Shown here: piece after piece, positions 1 through 12,448 of the stretch
Layout of the letters: each line of letters begins with the position of its first letter
Position numbering within the stretch: the stretch's first letter is position 1
NCBI RefSeq assembly: GCF_044704955.1
Contig: NC_091982.1
Span: 106,330,001-106,394,000, forward strand
Source of the DNA: Pristiophorus japonicus
Lineage: Eukaryota
DNA: 64,000 bases
Reading direction: 5' to 3'
Program-made: the position numbers and the translations under genes
The notes under the pieces: model-generated
Seen by the model: the letters and a program-made list of their open reading frames with translations, nothing else
Told to the model about the DNA's origin: nothing
Databases searched by the model: none

Positions 1-659
1 TGAGGGCCTGGTCTTCGAACACTGTTTTCCTCAGGCAGCCAAAGACTGCACTGGCGCACTGGAGGCAGTGTTGAATCGCATCGTCAATGTCTGCTTTTGT
101 TGATAAGAGGCTACCGAGGTATGGGAAATGGTCCACATTGTCCAGGGCTGCACCATGGATCTTGATGACTGGGGGGCAGTGCTGTGAGGCGAGGACAGGC
201 TGGTGGAGGATCTTTAGAGTAAGGCCCATGTTTTCGTATGCCTCAGTAAATACGTCGACTTATGACTTGGAGTTCAGCCTGTGTGTGTGCGCAGATGCAG
301 GCATTGTCCGCGTACTGTAGCTCGACGACAGAGGTTGGGGTAGTCTTGGACCTGGCTTGGAGTCGACGAAGGTTGAACAGTTTCCCACTGGTTCTGTAGT
401 TTAGTTCCACTCCAGCGGGTAGCTTGTTGACTGTGAGGGGGATTGAGGAGAGGGTTGGGGAGATGAAAGAGTCTTTTTTGACCCCGGTCTGGATGTGGAT
501 TGGGTCTGTAATGGATCCGTTGCTATTGATCACAGCCTGCATGTCATCATGGAGCAGGCGAAGGATGGTGACAAACTTTTGGGGGCATCCGAAACAGAGG
601 AGGATGCTCCATAGACCCAGTATCAAAAAGCTTTGTAAGGTTGAAGAAGGCCATGTATG
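1..659 (-). mobile_element. RTE-clade LINE fragment (RT region, degenerate), truncated by window edge
   Basis: ORF 243..671(-) GVELNYRTSGKLFNLRRLQARSKTTPTSVVELQYADNAC resembles RTE RT (YADD-like motif); near-identical sequence at 56760-57020. Confidence 0.85.
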
Positions 660-1015
660 AGGCCTAGACAACAGAAGGTACGGCTACCAATTGTTGAGTA
701 ATTATAATCAGTGATGCTCAAGAGGGCAGTATTAGAGGAGCGCAGATATCTCGGGGGGTTGTGGGGCTGGAGGAGATTACAGAGATTGTCGAGATAGGAA
801 GGGGCGAGGCCATGGTGGGATTTGAAAACAAGGATGATAATTTTAAAATCGAGGTGTTGCTTAACTGGGAGCCAATGTTGGTCTGCGGGCACAGGGATGA
901 TGGGTGAACGGAACTTGGTGCGAATTAGAACACAGGCAGCCGAGTTTTGGATGACATCAAGGATATCATAGGATAGAACATGGAAGGCCAGCCAGCAGTC
1001 CGTTGGAATAGTCAA
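660..1015 (-). mobile_element. L2-clade LINE 3' fragment
   Basis: QNSAACVL..HWLPVKQHLDFKIIILVFK..HGLAPSYL..YLRSS is the typical L2 ORF2 C-terminus; homologous to 53065-53813. Confidence 0.8.
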
Positions 1016-1049
1016 GTATTTGCATACTTGACTATTCCAATACACCAGT

Positions 1050-1306
1050 GTACACTATTTGAAGAAAAGCAGGGGAGCTCTCCCTGGTGTCCTGGCCAAT
1101 ATTTATTCCTCATCAAACATCACTAAAACAGATTATCTGGTCACTATCACATTAATATTTATGGGACCTTGCTGTGTGCAAATTGGCTGCCACATTTTCC
1201 CACATTACAGCAGTGACCACCCATCAAAAATACTTAATTGGTTGTAAACGCTTTGGTACGTTCTGAGATCATGAAAGGTGCTATCTAAATTCCAGTTCTT
1301 TCTTTC
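1050..1306 (+). mobile_element. DeuSINE (SacSINE1/AmnSINE1-like) Deu domain and L2-type tail
   Basis: gaagaaaagcaggggagctctccctggtgtcctggccaatatttat...cagattatctggtc...gtgcaaattggctgcc...aaaggtgctatctaaat; tail matches the L2 tail at 53781-53804. Confidence 0.75.
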
Positions 1307-1635
1307 ATATACATATGTATTCCATTCAGTATCAAAACACCACCTTTTATGCCCACCTCCCTGATTTTATCGTTAACCATTCTGAGTGACATAGACATTG
1401 CTAGAGTTCTCTCCTTCAGGTGTATATCACCTTAAAGAGGCATGCCATGGGATTGTAATGACCTCAGTCAGGTTAACTGTGAAAGGATAAATGTAGCTGA
1501 CATATCAGGTTCACTCCCCTCATAGCTCAGCGTGTCATAACCAAAGGGACTACACAACTCCAGATAAAAATGGTATTTTGTTTTAGTCCCCTGATAGCCT
1601 ATCTTTAAGTTATAGTCTTGAAAACTCAAGCCTAC

Positions 1636-1838
1636 TGTCATGTATGTACATGCTGTTTGTAGCCACCAGATGGTGTCATTGATGGACATCACTGAGCAGC
1701 ACGCACATGTTGCTGCTCTGGTATAAAAGGCCAGCCATTTGGTGAGTCAGACACTTTGGGTCAAAATAAAGCAGAATCAAGGTTGTGCCTTGCTTAGTTA
1801 AACAGTACTCAGTTTGAACCTTTATTACATATATAACA
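1636..1838 (+). repeat. 5' LTR of element A
   Basis: tgtcatgtat...atataaca with TATAAAA and AATAAA; direct repeat of 17701-17902. Confidence 0.95.
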
Positions 1839-1840
1839 TT

Positions 1841-1850
1841 TGGCGACGAG
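1841..1850 (+). promoter_or_regulatory. Primer binding site, tRNA-Ser(GCU)-like
   Basis: TGGCGACGAG 2 nt after the LTR, complementary to a tRNA-Ser 3' end ...CUCGUCGCCA; variants in B, C and D. Confidence 0.8.
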
Positions 1851-1874
1851 AATAAATAGAACCTTTGTTTGCAA

Positions 1875-2917
1875 ATTGAGCATGATTGGATTTTTAGAGC
1901 GATTCATGGAGGGAGAAGATTAGGCAGACTTTGTGAGCCGTTTGAACCAGTGCTTCATGGCCAACAAAATAGAGGGGGTCGACGACTGTGTGCGGTTCAA
2001 AGATCTACGGTCTGATAAAGAATCTACTCATGCCTTGTGATCCAACAGAGAAAACGTACAAGGAGTTGTGTACATTGGTATGGGAGCACCTTAAGCTAGA
2101 CGACGGCATCATCATCTCGAGATACAGGTTTTATACACACGTTCGATCGGAGGGCCAGAGCGCGGCGGAATTCATTGCTGACCTGAGATGTCTAATGGGA
2201 CCGTGCAAGTTTGGGACGGTGTTGGCAGACATGCTGTGGGACTTCTTTGTTATCGGTATCAACCACAAGGTGATCCTGCGCAAACTTCTGGCAGTGGAGG
2301 AGATGGATTTAAAAAAGGCCATCCAGATCGCTCAATCATTTATGACGACGGACAGGAGTCTAAAGCAAATAGTGGTGAAGAACTGAACCTCGGCAAGTAC
2401 TGTAAATGCGATTGATTCGGCGTTCGGCAGAGCGGCACATGGCAGGGCCTATCCGGCTGCGCTCGCGAAACCTTTGGCTGCCGAAAGTCCACCAGTGGGA
2501 ATGTATCCAATTTCTCTGTGTTGGTGTTGTGGGGGAAATCATTGGCACGAGCAGTGCCGATTTAAGCAATATTGTTGCAAAGGCTGTCTGAGAGTGGGGC
2601 ATCTCCAGCGCAAGTGTCCGCAATTGAGCAAGCGTGCTGCGACACACCACGTGGAGGATGATGGCCAGACTAGCGCGGATCCGGATACGCAATCCAAGAT
2701 GCCAGAGGAGGAAGTGTATGGACTGTACTCTTTCATAACCAAGAGTAAACCAATTTTGATTAACGTGAAGTTTAATGGGATACCAATATCAATGGAACTG
2801 GACACAGGGGCGAGTCAATCGATGATGAATGAGAGGGCATTTAATAAGCTGTGGGATACTAAAACTGTGAGGCCCAGGCTGAGCCCTGTTAACACCAAGC
2901 TGCGCACGTACACCACA
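1875..2917 (+). pseudogene. gag: Element A gag and N-terminal protease (frameshifted)
   Basis: ORFs 1988..2386 (RYRFYTHVRSEGQS..FIADLR) and 2474..2941 (CWCCGGNH..C, CKGCLRVGHLQRKC zinc knuckles; protease ELDTGAS); interrupted at KLRTYT by element B. Confidence 0.9.
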
Positions 2918-5178
2918 TGTAGTGTATGTAGGCACCTTTAGTAATGACTCCACGAGGCAGGGTATGATATTTAAACTGTGTCGACCTGTAGTCCTTTATT
3001 TGCAGCTCCTCGAGTGAGGACAACAAGCTGTGAGCTCCTTTTTATGCTGGGTTACCTGCAGTGTGTAGGTAACCCTTAGGTCTCCAGCAGCAGCACCTTC
3101 TGGTGTACAGGTAAGGTGTGTACAGTGTAAAGGTACATTCTGTGTTGCATAACAGTGTTACAGACATCACACAGTAAACAGGCATGCATATACAACAACA
3201 CTCCCCCCTAAGCATTTTTCATATCCTTATTGTCATGACCAGGGGAGGTGGGCTATGGGAGGTTGTGGTGACGGTTGTGTGGTTGCCAGGTGTGACCCCT
3301 GTGCTTGAGGCTGGCCTCATACGTTTCCTCTCCCTCACACACAGACCAAGTGGTTGTCACTGTTGTGGTATCCCTTAGGCGGGGTAGCCACGGCAGCAGT
3401 GGGTGGTGTGTATACACTGTGATGTGGGTAGTTGTGGGGTGGTGGGCAGGGCCACAGGTCTGGGTGGGCTCCTTGTCCACCAATTCGGATGAGGGTCAGC
3501 TCATCCCAGGGAAGCTGGAGGGTATTAGCCTCACGCCCCTGGTATTGGCCCTGGTGGCCAGGGGTTGTAGGGCTGGTCTGGTGCAGGTTGCCATTGGTGG
3601 TGGCTGGGCTGCCCATTGACCACTGTTCCTGTAGTCGGTGTGCTCCCACTGGGTGTGTGTGTGTCCTGCAAGGGGCATCATATTCGTTCCAAAGGTCCAG
3701 GCTACATGGTCAGGTAGCCTGCTGGACCTGGGGGTCTCCCACAGGGGGTTTTCATTTGCATCAGCATGGTCCCTGTAGGACCCAATGTCCTTTGGCAGTG
3801 TCCTACCAGTATACATGACACCTTGGCTCTGATCACACACACATGAGCCTGCATTGTACATTCTATCATTTGCATCACTTTTGGGTGTCCTGGTTTCAAC
3901 AGACATGGTTACATTGGGCATTTCACATTCTCTATCATTATTGTTAAGCATAATAAACTTGTCCTTAACCTTACTGACACCTGTTTCATCTCATCAGTCA
4001 CATTAGTTAAACCAGCATCACAATTCATGGTTACATTGCATACGTTTTCATACTTGCACCCTTTAATTGCATCTTTAGCTTTAAAGTCCTTGTATTCAAA
4101 TAGTTGAAACTTCTCCTTTAAGTTTCTTTGGTTACCAGTCTCCTTTAAGGGAGCCTTCAAATCCGATTGGCCGCTCGGTGTCACGTGATGCTCCTTCAAT
4201 GCTGCCTCTCGTGGTATGGCCGTGGCCATTTTGATTTTAGGTTCTGCTCCTCGTGATGCGACAGCAATCTTCTGGCTCTCCTGCAGGTAGGCTGCGGTGC
4301 TCTTTTCTTCCACAGATTCAACCCTGGACATCGGGAATACATTTCTTTTGTTGATGTTCCTCTTTTAGAGTGCTGCTTCGGCCTGGAAAGTGGAGTTTTG
4401 ATCCTCGGTTCTGGAGATTTCGCCGGGGTGCTATGGAGTCGTCGCCTTGCAGTCGAGCTGGACAGTGGAACCTCCGGATGCAGCGATGGATCCATGTTCG
4501 AGGTCGATTGCCGGAGCCCGGAGGCCTAGGAGCAGCTTCGCTTGGACAGGATGCCGTTGTGGTCGATTGGCGGGATTCATCCAAAGTTCTTCAAAGGTCG
4601 CTTGGCTCATCGCAGACTGGCTCGCCTCTGTGTTGCTCTCCATAGAAACTGGGACTCCGTCGACATCTACTTTCATCGCCCACGGAGACCTTTTGGTGGA
4701 GCAGGTATGAGTTCTGTACTCTTCTCCCAGTGGTTGAGTAACTTCACCTTCATCTGTGTCGGAGCCCCGGTGATCAACCAACTCATCAGAGATACAGTGA
4801 GTACAGCCTTTTTTGCACATCCTTTGAAGGTGCCTTTTCTCTTTGCATGCCTAGTCTTTGTAGTGGCACTGGTGGGCCCTGTGGTTTCCTCCACAGCGCC
4901 AGCACGGGGCCATCTGGTTTGCCCCATGTGGCGGACTCAGGGTTGCGGGACTCGGGGCAGCATTTCTGCCTTTAGAAGTATCTATGCGGTGCATTGCTCT
5001 CATCATGGCAAAAATGATGGCAAAAACGAAGTAGAAAGAAACAGAAAGGTGATGTCACAGCCAAGGGGGTAAGTGATTGACTGGTGATTGGTGAGTAGTT
5101 TTTCTTTTTTCTCTTCTATAACAGTGAGTAAACTTTAGCATTATTGTTGCCAATTTAAGTGCATCGAAGGGTTAAGTC

Positions 5179-6066
5179 ATGGCAGGAGAGCTCGGTCACG
5201 TGATATGCTCCTCCTGTACCATGTGGGAACTCAGGGACACTTCCAGTTGCGGAATTGGAGCTGAGGGTGGATTCACTCTGAAGCATCCACGATGCTGAGA
5301 ATGATGTGAGTAGCACGTGTAACGAGTTGGTCTTACCGCAGGTGAAGGGTCCACAGCCAGCTAGGGAATGGAAGACCAGCAGGAAGAGCAGTGCAAGGAA
5401 GGTAGTGCAGGGGTCCCCTGCGGTCATCCCCCTGCAAAACAGATACATCGCTTTGAGTACTGTTGAGGGGGATGACTCATCAGGGGAGGGCAGCAGCAGC
5501 CAAGTTCATGGCACCGTGGCTGGCTCTGCTGCACAGGAGAGCAGGAAAAAGAGTGGGAGAGCGATAGTAATAGGGGATTCAATCGTAAGGGGAATAGATA
5601 GGCATTTCTGCGGCCGCGACCGAGACTCCAGGATGGTATGTTGCCTCCCTGGTGCAAGGGTCAAGGATGTCTCGGAGCAGGTGCAGGACATTCTGAAAAG
5701 GGAGGGTGAACAGCCAGTTGTCGTGGTGCACATTGGTACCAACGATATAGGTAAAAAAAGGGATAAAGCCCTACGAGACGAATTTAAGGAGCTAGGAGCT
5801 AAATTAAAACGTAGGACCTCAAAAGTAATAATCTCAGGATTGCTACCATGCCACGAGCTAGTCAGAGTAGGAATCGCAGGATAGCTCAGATGAATACGTG
5901 GCTTGAGGAGTGGTGCAGCAGGGAGGGATTCAAATTCCTGGGGCATTGGAACCGGTTCTGGGGGAGGTGGGACCAGCACAAACCGGACGGTCTGCACCTG
6001 GCCAGGACCGGAACCAATGTCCTAGGGGGAGTGTTTGCTAGTGCTGTTAGGGAGGAGTTAAACTAA
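5179..6066 (+). pseudogene. CR1 ORF1 (partly deleted zinc finger plus SGNH esterase domain), frameshifted
   Basis: ATG at 5179 (MAGELGHVICSSCTMWE); motifs IVIGDSIVRG, VHIGTND, DGLHL in ORFs 5306..5884 and 5848..6066. Confidence 0.85.
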
Positions 6067-6242
6067 TATGGCAGGGGGATGGGAACCAATGCAGGGAGGC
6101 AGAGGGAAACAAAATGGAGACAAAAGCGAAAGACAGAAAGGAGATGAGTAAAAGTGGAGGGCAGTGAAACCCAAGGCAAAAAACAAAAAGGGCCACTATA
6201 CAGCAAAATTCTAAAGGATCAAAGTGTAATAAAAAGGCAAGC

Positions 6243-9200
6243 ATGAAAGCTCGGTGCCTCAATGCAAGGAGTATTTGGAATCCAGGAGAGGGCTCTGAGC
6301 CAGTTAGAGTGGGTGAGAGCTCAGATGAACAGGACCCCAAGAAAGAATCCAAAAGGCAGGAGGCAAAAGAGCAGAGTAGCACTGGGGTAAGTGTAAACCA
6401 CAAGATGTCAGGAAGGGACAATATGTATGAATATAAAGGGGCTGCAGGAGGGATCAAAACTAAAAATCATGGTTTAAAAACTAGTATTAAAATACTCGAC
6501 CTAAACGCACGCAGCATTCGAAATAAAGTAAATAAGTTGACGGCACAAATCATTATAAATGGGTATGATTTGGTGGCCATTACAGAAACGTGGTTGCAGG
6601 GTGGCCAAGACTGGGAATTAAACATACAGGGGTATCTGACAATTCGGAAAGATAGACAACAAGGGAAAGGAGGTGGGGTAGCTCTGTTAATAAAGGATGA
6701 TATCAGGGCAGTTGTGAGAGATGATATTGGCTCTAATGAACAAAATATTGAATCATTGTGGGTGGAGATTAGAGATAGTAAGGGGAAAAAGTCACTGGTG
6801 GGCGTAGTTTATAGGCCCCCAAATAATAACTTCATGGTGGGGCGAACAATAATCAAGGCAATAATGGAGGCATGTGAAAAAGGAACGGCAGTAATCATGG
6901 GGGATTTTAACCTACATATCGATTGGTCAAATCAAATCGCACGGGGTAGCCTTGAGGAGGAATTCATAGAATGCATGCGGGATTGTTTCTTAGAACAGTA
7001 TGTTACAAAACCTACAAGGGAGCAAGCTATCTTAGATCTGGTCCTGTGTACTGAGACAGGAATAATAAACGATCTTTTAGTAAAAGATCCTCTCGGGATG
7101 AGTGATCACAGTATGGTTGAATTTGCAATACAGATTGAGGGTGAGGAAGTAGTGTCTCAAACGAGCATACTATGCTTAAACAAAAGGGACTACAGTGGGA
7201 TGAGGGCAGAGTTGGCTAAACTAAACTGGAAACACAGACTAAACGGTGGCACAATTGCAAAATAGTGGAGGACTTTTAAGGAGCTCTTTCATCGTGCTCA
7301 ACAAAAATATATTCCAGTGAAAAAGAAGGGCGGTAAGAGAAGGGATAACCAGCCGTGGATAACCAAGGAAATAAGGGAGAGTATCAAATTAAAAACCAAT
7401 ACGTATAAGGTAGCCAAAGTTAGTGGGAAACTCGAAGATTGGGAAAATTTTAAACGACAGCAAAGAATGACTAAGAAATCAATAAAGATAGGAAAGATAG
7501 ATTACGAAAGTAAACTTGCGCAAAACATAAAAACAGACAGTAAAAGCTTTTACCAATATATAAAACGGAAAAGAGTGACTAAAGTAAATGTTTGTCCCTT
7601 AGAAGATGAGAAGGGGGATTTAATAATGGGAAATGTGGAAATGACTGAGACCTTAAACAATTATATTGCTTCGGTCTTCACAGTGGAAGACACAAAAACC
7701 ATGCCAAAAATTGCTGGTCTCGGGAATGTGGGAAGGGAGGACCTTGAGATAATCACTATCACTAGGGGGGTAGTGCTGGATAGGCTAATGGGACTCAAGG
7801 TCGACAAGTCCCCTGGTCCGGATGAAATGCATCCCAGGGTATTAAAAGAGATGGCGGAAGTTATAACAGATGCATTTGTTAGAATCTACCAAAATTCTCT
7901 GGACTCTGGGGAGGTACCAGCGGATTGGAAAGCAGCTAATGTAACGCCTCTGTTTAAAAAAGGGGGCAGACAAAAGGCAGGTAACGAAAGGCCGGTTAGT
8001 TTAACATCTGTAGTGGGGAAAATGCTTGAAGCTATCATTAAGGAAGAAATAGCGGGACATCTAGATAGGAATAGTGCAATCAAGCAGATGCAACATGGAT
8101 TCATGAAGGGGAAATCATGTTTAACTAATTTACTGGAATTCTTTGAGGATATAACGAGCATGGTGGATAGAGGTGTACCGATGGATGTGGTGTATTTAGA
8201 TTTCCAAAAGGCATTTGATAAGGTGCCACACAAAAGGTTACTGCAGAAGATAAAGGTACGCGGAGTCAGAGGAAATGTATTAGCATGGATCGAGAATTGG
8301 CTGGCTAACAGAAAACAGAGTCGGGATAAATGGGTCCTTTTCGGATTGGAAATCGGTGGTTAGTGGTGTGCCACAGGGATTAGTGCTGGGACCACAACTG
8401 TTTGCAATATGCATAGATGACCTGGACGAGGGGACAGAGTGTAGTGTAACAAAATTTGCAGATGACTCAAAGAATTGTGGGAAAGCGGGTTGTGTAGAAG
8501 ACACAGAGAGGCTGCAAAGAGATTTAGATAGGTTAAACGAATGGGCTAAGGTTTGGCAGATGGAATACAATGTCGGAAAATGTGAGGTCATCCACCTTGG
8601 AAAAAAAACAGTAAAAGGGAATATTATTTGAATGGGGAGAAATTACAACATGCTGCGGTGCAGAGGGACCTGGGGGTCCTTGTGCATGAATCCCAAAAAT
8701 TAGTTTGCAGGTGCAGCAGGTAATCAGGAAGGCGAATGGAATGTTGGCCTTCATTGTGAGAGGGATGGAGTACAAAAGCAGGGAGGTCCTGCTACAACTG
8801 TATAGGGTATTAGTGAGGCCGCACCTGGAGTACTGCGTGCAGTTTTGGTCACCTTACTTAAGGAAGGATATCCTAGCTTTGGAGGGGGTACAGAGATGAT
8901 TCACTAGGCTGATTCCGGAGATGAGAGGGTTACCTTATGATGATAGATTGAGCAGACTGGGTCTTTACTCGTTGCAGTTCAGAAGGATGAGGGGTGATCT
9001 TATAGAAACATTTAAAATAATGAAAGGGATAGACAAGATCGAGGCAGAGAGTTTGTTTCCACTGGTCGGGGAGACTAGAACTAGGGGGCACAGCCTCAAA
9101 ATATGGGGGAGCCAATTTAAAACTAAGTTGAGAAGGAATTTCGTCTCCCAGAGGGTTGTGAATCTGTGGAATTCTCTGCCCAAGGAAGCAGTTGAGGCTA

Positions 9201-9290
9201 GCTCATTGAATGTATTCAAATCACAGATAGATAGATTTTTAACCAATAAGGAATTAAGGGTTAAGGGGAGCGGGCGGGTAAGTGGAGCTG
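6243..9290 (+). pseudogene. CR1 ORF2 (AP endonuclease plus RT), several stops and frameshifts
   Basis: LNARSI, ITETW, GDFN, LDLV, SDH (APE); KSPGPD, YLDFQKAFDKV, GVPQG, FADD (RT); RPHLEYCVQFWSP. Confidence 0.92.
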
Positions 9291-9860
9291 AGTCCACGGC
9301 CAGATCAGCCATTATCTTGTTGAATGGCGGAGCAGGCTCGAGGGGCTAGATGGCCCACTCCTGTTCCTAATTCTTATGTTCTTATGTTCTTATGTCGGTT
9401 TAGAGTCTCTTAGTGCTTCGTTTATGTAGTCGCCAAAGTCGTATGGTGCAGCCAGTCTCCTTAAATGTTCCAATCTTTCTACAGAAGCGTCCCAATCTTC
9501 CCCATCGTAAATTGCTGAAAGATACTGAGATCTGACATGCTGAGCGCGTGATTCGTGACCTCGTATTCTCGTCGCCTGTTGAAGTGTACGTAGGCACCTA
9601 TAGTAATGACTCCACGAGGCAGGGTTATGATACTTAAACTGTGTAGACCCGTAGTTCTTTATTTGCAGCTCCTCGAGTGTGGACAACAAGCTGTGTGTTC
9701 CTTTTTATACTGGGTTACCTGCAGTGTGCAGGTAACCCTTATGTCTCCAGCAGCAGCACCCTCTGGTGTATAGGTAAGGTGTGTACAGTGTAAGGGTACA
9801 TTCAGTATTGCATAACAGTGTTACAGGCATCACACAGTAAACCGGCATGTATATACAACA

Positions 9861-11474
9861 CCAACGAATTGATAAAGATGATTAGCAGTGCACAAATTAA
9901 TGTGCCGTATAACGGTGCGGTTCACGAGTTACCGCTGTGGATTGTTCCATGCAATGGTCCAACACTGCTCGGCAGGAGCTGGTTGGAGTAAATCAGATGC
10001 GACTGGAATGACATAAAGGCATTGTCATCGGAGGAAGATACATATGCCAAGTATTGAGCAAGTTCCCCTCACTGTTCGAACCGGCTTTCGGCAACTTCAG
10101 GGGAGCCAAGCTGCAGATCCACATGGACTCAGATGCAAGACCCGTCCATCATAAAGCTCGGGCAGTGCCATATATGGAGATGGTTGAAATTGAACTGGAC
10201 AGACTCCACCGTGAAGGGATCATATCATCGGTCGAATTTAATGAATGGGCTTGCCCCATTGTTCCTGTGCTGAAAAGTGATGGCACTGTCAGAATCTGTG
10301 GCGACTACAAGGTTATGATCAACAGGGTTTCTAATCAAGATCAGTACCTGTTACCGAAGGCTGATGACTTGTTTGCGACACTAGCCGGAGGGAAGTTGTT
10401 CACAAAACTGGACTTGACGTCGGCCTATATGACGCAGGAGTTGGTCTGGACGTCGAAGAGACTAACGTGTATTAACACGCACAAAGGACTGTTTATTTAC
10501 CACAGGTGCCCATTTGGACTTCGTTCGGCTGCAGCAATATTCCAGAGGAATATGGAAAGTCTACTGAAGTCCGTTCCCAGAACCGTCGTATTCCAAGAAG
10601 ACATCCTGATCACCGGTCGTGATTCCAAGGAACATCTGAACAACCTGGAAGAGGTTCTACTGCGTTTGAACAGAGTGGGACTCAGACTTAAACACCCGAA
10701 GTGCGTCTTCATGGCACCGGAGGTCGAATTCCTCGGGAGGAAAATTGCCGCTGTTGGCATCAGACATACTGACGTGAAAACCAAAGCCATCAAGAATGCA
10801 CCCAAGCCGCAGAATGTGACAGAGCTGTGTTCGTTCCTGGGTCTACTCAACTACTTTGGTAACTTCCAACCTAAATTGAGCACCTTACTTGAATCACTGC
10901 ACATGCTATTGAGAAAAGGCAACAATTGGATGTGGGGCGCATTGCAAGACAGAACCTTCGAGAAAGCCACCAAACTGCTTTGCTCGAACAAACTGCCCGT
11001 ACATTATGACCTATGTAAACATTTAGTTTTGGCCTGTGACGCATCGTCATATGGAATTGGTTACGTGTTACAACAAGCCAATGAGCCGGGGAAACTTCAA
11101 CCTGTCGCGTATGCATCCAAAAGTTTGTCTAAAGCAGAAAGAGCCTACAGTATGGTAGAAAAAGAAGCTTTAGCTTGTGTGTATGGTGTTAAAAAGAAGC
11201 ATCGATACTTGCTCAGTCTGAGATTCAAATTAGAGACCGATCACAAGTTGCTCATTTTGTTGTTTTCCGAGAGTAAAGGTATCAATACCAATGCTTCATT
11301 CCGTATCCAAAGGTGGGCGCTGACATTATCTGCCTATGCCTATGTCATTCGCCACAGAGCTGGCACAGAGAATTGTGCTGATGCTATGAGCTGGTTGCTG
11401 TTGCCCACACTGGAGGTGAAAACGCCATAACCGGCAGATTTAATGTTAATCATAAATGCTTTTGAGAATGAAGG
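9861..11474 (+). pseudogene. pol: Element A pol: protease C-terminus, RT, RNase H
   Basis: ORF 10054..11430: RICGDYK, KLDLTSAY, PFGLRSAAAIFQR, FQED (degenerate YxDD), ACDASSYGIG, EKEALA, ETDHK. Confidence 0.93.
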
Positions 11475-12448
11475 TGTTGTGTCCTCAGATGTTCCAGTAA
11501 TGACTCCACGAGGCAGTGTGTTGTGCTTGAACTGTAGTGACCTTAGTCTTTTATTTGCTAACTCCAGAGTGAGAATCACACCTGGTGGCCTGCCTTTTAT
11601 ACTCGGCCAGGCATACCTGTACAGGTACCCTACAAGTCTCCCACTGCTGTGGCCTCTGGTGGCACACCTTGTGATAGTATAAACAGTAGCCATGTAGGAT
11701 ACATGACATCACTCTCCCCTCAGCCTTTAGTGCAAATCGCCTCTGCATTGATTGTGCTCTGGGCTTAGCTCTATTTGGGCTCTATCTGGTTGACCCTTGG
11801 CAGGTCGTTTCAATCTTGGGTGAGTGGTTAGTGCAGTAGAGTGCTGGTGGTTACTGTTTGTGTGTGTCCCTGACCACTCCATTCTCTCCCCGCCCCCCCC
11901 CCACCACCACATATAGATTATGCCAGAGGCTCATTGAATTCATATACATTCAAGTTCAGAAAAACAAGGTAGTTCTGTTGTGAGACAAGTATGTTAGACT
12001 GGTGAGATACATTATTGATGCGATGACCGGTGCGTAAGGACAAACCAGTTCCAGAACTGCTGGATGGTGTCCCTGCAGTCTAGTGGCGGTGCGGTGCCCA
12101 GTGCTGGCAGTGGGAACCCGGTTGGCTCAAGTTGCCGTGGTTCCTAGCGCGGGCAAGTTTACAGATGTCTGTGAGCTCCCAGTCCTTTCTTTGCACCCTG
12201 GGTCGCTGCTGCTCCCTGAGGAGCTGTCGTCTAGCAGTGCACAAGGGACTGCTGACTTGCTGGTCTGAGCGTTGTTTGGTTTGGGATCCTGGCTGGTCCC
12301 GGTCCCCTTTAGGGGGACTGTAGCAGGTAACCCTTCGTTTACGGGTATGACCTTGGTGGCGATGGGGTCTGGGGGCTGCGCCTTCGCACAGTTTGCTCTT
12401 TCAGGCTCGTGGCAGTTGGTACCATCGGTTGCATGAAGGTGGAGCCGA

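Larger units (their letters stand above)
5033..9395 (+). mobile_element. CR1 LINE, near full length (5'UTR, ORF1, ORF2, (TTCTTATG)n tail), inserted in element B gag
   Basis: ORF1 esterase, APE and RT ORFs, 3' tail 9371-9395; B gag (EALRD...FVFAI) flanks both sides. Confidence 0.93.
2918..9860 (-). mobile_element. Non-autonomous Gypsy-derived LTR element B (deleted gag, partial protease, unknown ORF; no RT/RH/IN)
   Basis: LTRs 2918-3197 and 9580-9860; PBS-like (a)ggcgacgag at 9568-9577(-); PPT at 3198-3209(-); imperfect TSD ccaca/ccaac; host pol resumes at 9861 (ELIK..ELPLWIVP..GPTLLGRSW). Confidence 0.9.
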
